Positions 1-8,076 of a stretch of DNA of 64,000 nucleotides are shown here, one piece after another. Position numbers and translations under genes: made by a program. Every line of letters begins with the position of its first letter. The first letter of the stretch is position 1. The notes beneath the pieces were generated by a model that had not been told where the DNA came from, did no database searches, and saw only the letters and a program-made list of their open reading frames with translations. Source of the DNA: Desulfobaccales bacterium (GTDB lineage: Bacteria; Desulfobacterota; Desulfobaccia; Desulfobaccales; 0-14-0-80-60-11); the NCBI GenBank assembly GCA_049580385.1, contig JBAUPV010000030.1, positions 926,190 to 990,189 on the forward strand. Reading direction: 5' to 3'.

Positions 1-1469
1 GTGGCCCGGAGATTATACTCCCGCTTCTGGAGGCGGGAAATCCAGTTGCCGACATTGAGCTCGCGCCAGCCAAGGTAGAAGGCGGAGAGCAGGCTAAAAT
101 AAAAGGCCAGACGTAGGCGCCGCCAACCACGCCGCAGGTATGCCCTGCACCTGGCCCATCTATTCTCCGGCAAGGGTCGAAAAGGCGTTCGTGTGGTCAA
201 TTTTATAGGATGATCTTTCAATTTGCGGTCCAGGACCCGATCAGACGGCAATAGCAGCCAGATGCCGGTCTCCGGGTCCCGGGTCCTCAGGGCCAGAAAA
301 TAAGGGAAGGTGAAGACAAAGAGTCCCAAAAAAATCAATTCCAGGGGCCTACTCGGGGTCATGCCATAGTCGCAGGTCCATTCGAAGAAGACCAGCTGGA
401 AATAATTTCCCAGCCAGCTGATTCTCTTTTCTTTCCAATTATTGACCCGGCGGTTGTGGTTCAGGGCATAATTCACCTGACGTTCGTCATCCAACATTCC
501 CGCCTTTTTGAAAATTTCCCGCAATTCCATCAGGCCATATGAAAGGTTTCCAACAAATTTTAAGGAATCAAGCCCCTGTACGTAAAGAAGCCCGTCAGCC
601 CCTGGTAACTTGCCCGGTTTGGGCTCAAATGTGGCCCCTCTCAGGTCGGCCTTGATCAGGTCGGCCCCGCTCAGGTTGGCCCCGCTCAGCTTGGCCTTGC
701 TCAGTTTGGCCTCGCTCAGTTTGGCCCCGCTCAGATCGGCGTCGCTCAGGTCGGCCCCGATCAGGTTGGCGTGCCCCAGCTCGGCCCCGCTCAGGTCGGC
801 CCCGAGCAGGTCGGCCCCGTTCAGGTTGGCCCCTTCCAGGTGGGCCCCGCTCAGGTTGGCCCTGGCCAGCTCGGCCCCGCTCAGGTCGGCGAGCAGCCAA
901 GCCTTGCTCAGGTTGGCCCCGCCCAGGCTGGCCCAGCCCAGGTCGGCCAGGATCAGGTCGGCCCCGCTCAGGTCGGCCTTGATCAGGTCGGCCCCCCTCA
1001 AGTTGGCCCCGCTCAGCTTGGCCTTGCTCAGGTTGGCCTCGCTCAGGTTGGCCTCGCTCAGGTCGGCCCCGCTCAGGTCGGACCCGTTCAGTTTGGCCCC
1101 GCTCAGGTTGGCATGGAACAGGATGACCCTGCTCAGGTTGGCCTCGAGCAGTTTGGCCCCGCCCAGGTTGGCCCCGCTCAGGTTGGCCCCGCTCAAGTCG
1201 GCCATGGTCAGGTTGGCGCTGTCCAGGTTGGCCCCGCTCAGGTTGGCCTTGCTCAGGTCGGCCTTCTTCCCTTCCTTGCCATGACTTTCCAGCCACAGTT
1301 TGTGGTCCTTCAGAGTCTGGTCCAGGTCGGCTCTGGTAATCACCCGGCCATCGGCCCATCTACCGGTCCAGGGTTTTTCCGGCGGCGGCTTCTCTTGGCC
1401 GTAGGCCGGGGCCAGGCCCAGAAGCCACAGCCCCAGGAAAACCCAGGCAAGGCGACTCATACAGGACAT
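1..1469 (-). CDS. pentapeptide-repeat protein with N-terminal signal peptide and C-terminal hydrophobic region (3' end runs off the window)
   Basis: Absent from the ORF track because there is no stop inside the window. Reverse-strand reading from ATG 1469 (GGAGGA 5 nt upstream) gives MSCMSRLAWVFLGLWLLGLAPAYGQEK. About 40 consecutive A(D/N)LxG-type pentapeptides follow (ADLSKANLSGANLDSANLTMADLSGANLSGANL...) over ~625-1265. Then come hydrophobic helices (LELIFLGLFVFTFPYFLAL, LRLAFYFSLLSAFYLGW), with the frame open down to position 1. Confidence 0.85.
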   Translation of the reverse strand, partial: MSCMSRLAWVFLGLWLLGLAPAYGQEKPPPEKPWTGRWADGRVITRADLDQTLKDHKLWLESHGKEGKKADLSKANLSGANLDSANLTMADLSGANLSGANLGGAKLLEANLSRVILFHANLSGAKLNGSDLSGADLSEANLSEANLSKAKLSGANLRGADLIKADLSGADLILADLGWASLGGANLSKAWLLADLSGAELARANLSGAHLEGANLNGADLLGADLSGAELGHANLIGADLSDADLSGAKLSEAKLSKAKLSGANLSGADLIKADLRGATFEPKPGKLPGADGLLYVQGLDSLKFVGNLSYGLMELREIFKKAGMLDDERQVNYALNHNRRVNNWKEKRISWLGNYFQLVFFEWTCDYGMTPSRPLELIFLGLFVFTFPYFLALRTRDPETGIWLLLPSDRVLDRKLKDHPIKLTTRTPFRPLPENRWARCRAYLRRGWRRLRLAFYFSLLSAFYLGWRELNVGNWISRLQKREYNLRA

Positions 1470-1790
1470 GGCCGTTCCTCCTTATTCCTGTCTTGACGCC
1501 ATTATAGGCTCATTTTCTGGTTGGGGGAAAAAATGATTTTTTATATGGTCTATTTTGGGAACGCTGCCGACGCGCATGGTTGCCCAATTTGAGGGTTTTT
1601 AGGGGAGGTCAGTGTGGGCCAAAGTGTGGGCGAAATGCGAAATGTAAGAAGAAACCTAAAACGAAAGGCGCAACCTTGGGTTTCACATTTGGCCAGTTTG
1701 AGATGCTGCTTCATTTTCAACCACGACAATTCTCCTTCACCCTTACATAATTCTAGTTAATACCAAGGTGTAAGGACCCGCGGCGTTTAC

Positions 1791-3053
1791 TTATTCCACC
1801 GGCAAAGTGAGTACCGGCGTTTGCGATGGGGTAGTCTCGGACATGGCTAAGATTCCTTGTGTGCAGGAGAAAACGACTTTAGACTTATAATCGTTGTCAT
1901 CGATATAGAACCAATGGCCCCCGTATTTTATACTTACGAATGCCCCACGTGGGGGTTCGTTACTACAATTAATTTTTAAATCAATCAACTTTTCTTTCTC
2001 TCCGGCTGGTTTTGCCTTAGTATTTATGTCCTCCTGCGGCACCTGGATTAAATCAGAGAGCACGAGGAGTACTCCCAAAACTGAGCGGGATTGCAGGAAA
2101 ATTTTGTCGCACTTGGGGTCTGGTTGCAGGGGGTATTGGTTGCCATCGATGACTTTATAAACTTCATATCCCCCCAAGGCTTTTTGGAGGCCCTGGGACG
2201 AGGCCCTGGGCCACAGTAGTTCCTTTAAGCGTTTTACGTTGTTTAAATCTGTTTCATTTTTGCCGTTCGTATCTATCACTAAGTAACCAGCAACATCCTT
2301 CTCCTCTTTGATCTTGTCCGTCCCTACCTCAGTCGGCCTCCCCTCGCTTTCCGTCCCCTCCTGCACGGGCGGGGTCATTCCCGGCTCATTCTTCCCCTTC
2401 CCCTGTCTTGCATGCTTCAGGGTAACGGTATATTCTTGCGGCACCTTCGTTACCTTCGCTTCCACCGGTTCCTCGACGCTGATCCGGATGACGCCTTCCC
2501 GCGTGAGCTCATAAAATAGCTGAGCAAACTCAAAAAACCTTTCCTCCGGGTTTCGAAGTTCATTGACGTATTTGACGCAGGCGGGAAAGATGTACTTCGC
2601 AGGCCAGTTGGTCTGGAGACTTTTTAAAATTTTGGGAATAGGTAGAGGCTCGAGCAAGTTTTTTTCTAACGTATCTCCCCTCATGGGGGCATAGGTGATC
2701 GAGGGCTTGTTCGAGTAAGTAGCATAGCCGCCGACTGTGAGCACATTGCGAAATCCGTCCGTCCAAGCAGTTGCCGGGTTCGTCGCATGGAGGGGGTGCC
2801 AGGCTATGGGATAATTGGCGTTTATGTTATTATCCAGCTCATAACTGGTAGTTACGGAGGTCATTTCCAGGGTGGTCAAGGTCTCACCATAGCGTTGCAT
2901 AACCAGATTAGTGAGGAGCTGTTCCTTCCAGGATTTGGAGACGGCCTCCATATAATTTTCCCGGTCCGGGGGGATTTTTCCGGGGGGCATCAGATGAGAG
3001 CAACCGGCGCTGGCAAGGACGATCAGCAGGAGGACGAGTGTCGTTCTCTGCAT
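1791..3053 (-). CDS. hypothetical lipoprotein (two domains joined by a K/E/G/T-rich linker)
   Basis: ORF 1791..3128. The likely start is the internal ATG at 3053, giving MQRTTLVLLLIVLASAGCS with a lipobox (LASAGC). I recognise no family. AT-richer than its surroundings. Confidence 0.7.
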   Translation of the reverse strand: MQRTTLVLLLIVLASAGCSHLMPPGKIPPDRENYMEAVSKSWKEQLLTNLVMQRYGETLTTLEMTSVTTSYELDNNINANYPIAWHPLHATNPATAWTDGFRNVLTVGGYATYSNKPSITYAPMRGDTLEKNLLEPLPIPKILKSLQTNWPAKYIFPACVKYVNELRNPEERFFEFAQLFYELTREGVIRISVEEPVEAKVTKVPQEYTVTLKHARQGKGKNEPGMTPPVQEGTESEGRPTEVGTDKIKEEKDVAGYLVIDTNGKNETDLNNVKRLKELLWPRASSQGLQKALGGYEVYKVIDGNQYPLQPDPKCDKIFLQSRSVLGVLLVLSDLIQVPQEDINTKAKPAGEKEKLIDLKINCSNEPPRGAFVSIKYGGHWFYIDDNDYKSKVVFSCTQGILAMSETTPSQTPVLTLPVE

Positions 3054-3477
3054 ATTGAATGTTTCCTTTCGATTGGGAAAAAAGTGCTGGTCTGCTAAGG
3101 GTCTAAAAGATAAGCGCAAAAATCCCATAGATAATCTAAATTGTCAAGGAGTATTTCCGGCGGGGGCGGGGCCGTTGCCACCTGTTTTTTCTCCAACATG
3201 ATCCTGCTCCCAGATAAGCCAGCCAAAAGTAACTTGCCGCCATGAGCAGTTATTGCTTGGGCCGGCAAAATTTCAGATACGGCCTGGATAAGGCAGTTTT
3301 AGGTTCTCAATGCCAAAGGCATTTGCGCCAATAATTGAGCTTCATCGAAATATTGTTATTTATCAATTCCCCATTTCACCTTTGCTAGAGGGCGTACCTC
3401 TTCCTTGGAAGACAGGCGCTTCATCGATTTGCGGACTATGACCCCCCGGGCCAGCACCGCATGGTAATGGCGCCCAG

Positions 3478-5286
3478 CTATCTACCTCCCGGTCCTGAAT
3501 TATTTATGCTTTCCTTAGGAACATTTTGCTGTTTTGGCTGGATCCGAAAGATTTGAAAACCTGCTCCGGCCAAAAAGACAGGGAGGTTGCGACTCGTATT
3601 AAGGTTATAGTTCTTAGCCGCGTCGGTTAATTTATCCCACTCTACCAGATTGGGGTTTTTCTTTCCCTCATTGTCTCTTGGCCCGTAAGTCCAGCCCTCA
3701 TTTCTACGTTCATTTGACCAGCGCTCATGTTCCATTCTAGCCAATATTTCAATTTCTTCGGGAGTGAACTCGAACAATTCTGCATCCCAGTTGGTTAAAG
3801 GCATTATGTCACAATGAACCGCTATTAGTTTTTTGCCGATATGGTCGGCCTCGCGCCGATTCGATTCTTTGATCTCTTTAGAAAGTTTTTCCCAAGGGCT
3901 TAAAGAGGGATTGGTTTCCGGACTCTCGCCGATATTTGGTTGTTTGAGCACGTAGTCCTGATGCAAAGCCCGAGCCAGCATTTCATTCGTGCTAGTCGAT
4001 AGCAAATCGCTCCATTTGAGGTCAAGCAGCCCAAAGGAGTGGAGATTCGCAAAGCTCCCTCCGGCTTTATCCTCCTCTTGTAATAGCGTTGCCAGCCCTG
4101 CCTTACTGTCCAATTGCACGACAATGGGCACGCTCTCACGTCTTAAGTGTTGAAACAGGGACAGAGCCGCGGCTAGACTGCGGGAATCTTCTTCCAGGCA
4201 GATATAGGCCGAGGTGATAATACAGCGGCCCTCTTCATTCCAAAGAAATTTTGCCTGATCGAACTGAGGTGATTCGGTATCTGAGATTACTGGGATAAGT
4301 TCCCAAGAGTCGTTTAATTGAGGGTATCTCGATAGGAAAAATTCTTTTTTCCGATCCGCATCTTTGTCGACTATGGTAATAGCCAATTTTTTTGTAGATT
4401 TTTCGGGCGAGATTCTCCAAAGCATAGAGGCATGAATTGTCAGACTGGCGCCCATGGGCCCCAGTCCCACAATAAGTAAATGGGATGGAGATTTGCCGGC
4501 GCCTTCACCAAATGGGGGAAATTCCTTAAATAATTTCCGGGCCCCGCTTTCAAATAGGTTAAAAAATGCCAGTCGGTAGGAAGAACCTGTTTGGCTCTTG
4601 ATCTCATATTCTTTGAGCAGGTCACGCAGGTGGGGATCGGTAATGTGCACCAAACCGGTCAATACACTTTTTTGTGCTTCTGAGACCAGGGCCCGGGCAT
4701 TAATGGCAATTTCGGCGTTATCCCCGTCATTATCACATATGGCTACAAGATATTGCGCTTTATGCACCCGCGCCCTTTGTAATAGTTCTCTGTCAGTGGG
4801 ATCGCCCTTTAAAACCAGGATGCCGAGTTCTCGAATTTGCTCCAGGCTGCTGGTATTCTTATCATTTGATATTAGAACTACCTTATAGTTATCTTCATGA
4901 AAAGACCTGGCGCATAATGAGGCTTTATGGCCCATTCCACAAACCACAATGTGGTCATTGGTTAATTGTAATTTTAACCACCGGATTTGTGGCTGGAATA
5001 ATGTTAGACATAACTTTGGTATGCCAACGATTACACCTAAGTTCCATATTAGGTCCCGAATTCCTATCCAAAACCTCTTGTCAGATTCCGGGGAATAATG
5101 AATATTTATTTTATATATTTTGAATGAAATAGGTATTTTGAGAAAAATGATTATTTCGCGAATAATTAAATATAAACTTATTGCCAATATCACCAACACT
5201 ATAAAATCTTGCCAGAAAGGGCGCAGATTTCTTCTCCAGATAGCCCGGATCTTATCTCTCCATCGATCTTTCCCTATTACTTCCAT
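3478..5286 (-). CDS. membrane protein with two TrkA-N-like NAD(P)-binding Rossmann modules and a C-terminal RyR domain
   Basis: 602-aa ORF. The N-terminus has hydrophobic helices (FIVLVILAISLYLII; LIWNLGVIVGIPKLCL). Rossmann signatures: IVVCGMGHKASLCARSF...GDPTD and LLIVGLGPMGASL. The C-terminus MEHERWSNERRNEGWTYGPRDNEGKKNPNLVEWDKLTDAAKNYN fits the RyR-domain consensus (W..GW.YG....k.hP.lv.w..L). Markedly AT-rich codon usage. Confidence 0.8.
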   Translation of the reverse strand: MEVIGKDRWRDKIRAIWRRNLRPFWQDFIVLVILAISLYLIIREIIIFLKIPISFKIYKINIHYSPESDKRFWIGIRDLIWNLGVIVGIPKLCLTLFQPQIRWLKLQLTNDHIVVCGMGHKASLCARSFHEDNYKVVLISNDKNTSSLEQIRELGILVLKGDPTDRELLQRARVHKAQYLVAICDNDGDNAEIAINARALVSEAQKSVLTGLVHITDPHLRDLLKEYEIKSQTGSSYRLAFFNLFESGARKLFKEFPPFGEGAGKSPSHLLIVGLGPMGASLTIHASMLWRISPEKSTKKLAITIVDKDADRKKEFFLSRYPQLNDSWELIPVISDTESPQFDQAKFLWNEEGRCIITSAYICLEEDSRSLAAALSLFQHLRRESVPIVVQLDSKAGLATLLQEEDKAGGSFANLHSFGLLDLKWSDLLSTSTNEMLARALHQDYVLKQPNIGESPETNPSLSPWEKLSKEIKESNRREADHIGKKLIAVHCDIMPLTNWDAELFEFTPEEIEILARMEHERWSNERRNEGWTYGPRDNEGKKNPNLVEWDKLTDAAKNYNLNTSRNLPVFLAGAGFQIFRIQPKQQNVPKESINNSGPGGR

Positions 5287-5485
5287 CAGTCTAGGTATCC
5301 TTTTATTTGCCCGGTCCCGGTTGGCGCCGGTGAGACCCTTTTGCCGAGGTCTCCATACCAGGCATGATCAGTATAGGCCGGGCCTGCCACCTCATAAGAA
5401 CCTTAAGGAGGCGCAAGGGAGCGGGCCTTCCTGATGCGCCCCGGCCCCCGGCCCCCAATGGACAGCCGCAGGCCCCGCGTGGTCT

Positions 5486-6994
5486 TTAGGGCTGCACCAC
5501 CCGAAAATTGGAAAAGGCCACAGTATTCTGCCCCTCCGGCCCCGAATACACTTCAAATCCGATCTGGAAGCTTTTGTCTTCCAGCGGTTGGTCGGGGAAG
5601 GGGAAGTTGGCAACCTCTTTCCCATTTATAAAAATCGTACCCTGGTGGTCTTCGGTGATCAACTCGATCTGGTTCTCGGCCCCTTCCCCCTTCTTGAGAT
5701 TGTCATCCTGTTGCCGGAGGATGGTCGACACGCGGCCATAATTATAAGAACGGACCGAAAACCTGCCGTCGGAGGAAGTCAGGAGGGCATAATAGTCGTT
5801 GTAGTCCTTGGCCCAAAAAGCCAGGCCGGCCCCTTGGGTGGGGTCGCCGGCCTTAACAAAGGTTACGCTGTAGCTGGCCTCCATGTCGTTGGGCAAGTTG
5901 GCGTGGCGGTACAGCTGCATCTCTCTCTTGCCCTTGTCGGGGGTGAAGGTGAGCTTCCCGTCCTTGACGCTTATATCGGTTCTGAGAGGCCCCCAGCTAG
6001 GGGGCCAAATGGTGAACGGGTCCTCGAAAATCACATTGGCGGGCAGGGTCTCTCTTTTTACACCCTCATTCGCCATTTGGAACGAACCCGTGGTTACTTC
6101 TTTTCCAGCGTGTTGCGCAGCTACAGGGTAAATTCCTTGCTTCCAATTTTTGACATTTATAGGCCCAAAAAGTTGAGAATTTCCCGACCCCCCCGTATTG
6201 GTGGGTTTCGCGGGGTAGGCGCCTAAGACGACTTTACCATTGGGTCCGGACACGGTGGCTGTTAGGGGTTCCTTAGCCTGGTAGGGGGTCGATGGAGGTG
6301 GCATATTAGTAAGCTCACACCACACATATTCGGTCCCCGCGGTCGGAAAGCGCTTGTCATAAGTCCGTTCATTCACAGGGGGAGGAGTTTTTCCCGCGGA
6401 GGAAAAGAAACACATTTGGGGTTTCGGGGGCACTATCACCTTAGTCCAGATTACTACCGCTACCAACGCTACCACTACCGCGGCAAGAGAGGCGATGAGC
6501 GCAAAAAATAAAATTCGGGAAGATCTCCAGGTGGTGGTGGTGGCGCCGGCGACGGTGGCGGGTCTTTCATGATGGCGGCGTTTCCAACCTTTTTTGGCTA
6601 AAAGAACAGTTAGGGTATCTGCCAGGCGGGTCAGATGGTCCTCGAGTGGCGGGGTCATGGCATCAAGCCAGTGCGGGGTGCTGATCAAGTACTCCAAAGT
6701 TTTGCTTGGGGCAATATCCTCGGTACGAAAATTGAGCACCGACAGGCCCAAAGAAACCGCCCGTTCCACTTCCCGTTTGATGTGGACCGATTCATTGGAG
6801 TGGGACGAGAAGATCAAGACCAGGGCCTTGGCCTCGTCAATGGCATCAATAATAGCTTCCTCATAGTCCATGCCCGGAAGGGCATCGCGATAATCGATCC
6901 AGCAGCGTATCCCATGGCTTTCCAGGGTGGCCAGCATGGCATTGGCGGTTGTTTGATCCTCATGGGAATAACTGATAAAGACATCGTGGGCCAT
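5486..6994 (-). CDS. TIR-domain single-pass membrane protein with C-terminal extracytoplasmic beta-sandwich-like domain
   Basis: 502-aa ORF. N-terminus MAHDVFISYSHEDQTTANAMLATLESHGIRCWIDYRD...ALVLIFSSHSNESVHIKREVERA is a typical TIR_2-type domain. A basic stretch (KKGWKRRHHER) precedes the TM helix ILFFALIASLAAVVVALVAVVIW. The C-terminal ~170 aa (AGLAFWAKDYNDYYALLTSSDGRFSVRSY...IFINGKEVANF) resemble a DUF1080/LamG-type jelly roll. Confidence 0.85.
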   Translation of the reverse strand: MAHDVFISYSHEDQTTANAMLATLESHGIRCWIDYRDALPGMDYEEAIIDAIDEAKALVLIFSSHSNESVHIKREVERAVSLGLSVLNFRTEDIAPSKTLEYLISTPHWLDAMTPPLEDHLTRLADTLTVLLAKKGWKRRHHERPATVAGATTTTWRSSRILFFALIASLAAVVVALVAVVIWTKVIVPPKPQMCFFSSAGKTPPPVNERTYDKRFPTAGTEYVWCELTNMPPPSTPYQAKEPLTATVSGPNGKVVLGAYPAKPTNTGGSGNSQLFGPINVKNWKQGIYPVAAQHAGKEVTTGSFQMANEGVKRETLPANVIFEDPFTIWPPSWGPLRTDISVKDGKLTFTPDKGKREMQLYRHANLPNDMEASYSVTFVKAGDPTQGAGLAFWAKDYNDYYALLTSSDGRFSVRSYNYGRVSTILRQQDDNLKKGEGAENQIELITEDHQGTIFINGKEVANFPFPDQPLEDKSFQIGFEVYSGPEGQNTVAFSNFRVVQP

Positions 6995-7147
6995 CGGTAC
7001 TTACTCCCGGAAGTTTTTAGAAGCTATTTCCTAGAGATGGTTCTGGAATTACCTTGTCCGGGCGCGCCCGAACCGGATAGATCAAACTTGCCCTTTGGGG
7101 GAGACCCAACTCGTAATTAGACCGACCGGTAAGGACGATACCCAACG

Positions 7148-7459
7148 TTATTGGTCAGGACCGCGCCTTTTTCCTTTCCTCCCGGCTCTGTTAGGGGAGG
7201 GCGGTTCGATGCGGTATCCCCAGCCGAGAATGGTCTGAAGGGTGGCCAGAGAGGTTCTCCGATCATATTCCTTCTCCGAATCCGGCAGGTCTTGATAAGG
7301 AACCAGGCATGGGTGTTCCTTTTTCCGGTCATCCCGTTCCGGTCCATAGCGCCACCCTTCCGCCAGGCGTTGTGCAGCCCAGGCTTTATGGGTGTTCTCA
7401 GCCAGTTTTTCCACGAGTTCCAGGAGAGCCGCAGGAATCTTTTCTTTGGCGTCGTTCAT
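7148..7459 (-). CDS. stand-alone RyR-domain protein
   Basis: 103-aa ORF. LAENTHKAWAAQRLAEGWRYGPERDDRKKEHPCLVPYQDLPDSEKEYDRRTSLATLQTILGWGYRI matches the RyR-domain consensus almost residue for residue. Basic C-terminal tail. Confidence 0.85.
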   Translation of the reverse strand: MNDAKEKIPAALLELVEKLAENTHKAWAAQRLAEGWRYGPERDDRKKEHPCLVPYQDLPDSEKEYDRRTSLATLQTILGWGYRIEPPSPNRAGRKGKRRGPDQ

Positions 7460-8076
7460 CGCTTTTTACCCGGAAATATTCTCCCCCTGACCAATCGGTT
7501 GGGATTGGAAGCAACAAAACAAAAAGAGAGCCGCCATTCTCGGAGATAATGCTTTTAGGTAATTATTACTTTGATAAGAGTCAAGATTTTGGTCATCGAG
7601 GTGCCGCTGTCTTCGGCGTCCGCGGGGGCCTTCGGTGTAAAATATCTGCGACGGGTGATTGGCGGCCGGGGGATAAGAGTCCCGGCCCAAAATTCTGAGA
7701 TTAATAATCTTTAAGAAAATTTGTGCTATCATGGCGTCGACGAGATGATTCGGATTCAAGAACAGAAATTTTGGTGGTTTTTCCGGGCAGGAGGTTCCAA
7801 AAACCTTTGTTGGATTGCGGTGGCTAAGGCTGCTGCATAATTTCGGTCCAAACCACTTTTGGATAGAAGCGGGAAATGCAGCCCCTAATGTCGCTTATGC
7901 CTAAATCAAAGGAGAATCGGTGCAACTGCTGTAGCCCGACCCATCGATCTTAAAGGGTTCACCTGGTATGGGAATGTCCAAGACATCATCACGAACTGGT
8001 CCCAACAATTCGTACAAATCGCCAACCGGCGGCCGGGGGAGATCGTCAGGCCTGCCAGCACTTTTAGCTTAAAACC

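Noticed and set aside
610-1496. Three long ORF-track ORFs (610..1284 +, 625..1359 -, 771..1496 +) with monotonous PLRSA / GQPERG / AQVGP repeats
   Set aside because: They are alternative-frame and antisense readings of the 15-nt periodic pentapeptide-repeat gene. Only the minus frame starting at 1469 gives a signal peptide, an SD and canonical A(D/N)LxG repeats.
3130-3478. Possible degraded gene fragment downstream of the TrkA-N/RyR gene (minus-frame ...HAVLARGVIVRKSMKRLSSKEEVRPLAKVKWGIDK*)
   Set aside because: No start, no recognisable family and very short, so it cannot be supported from the sequence alone.
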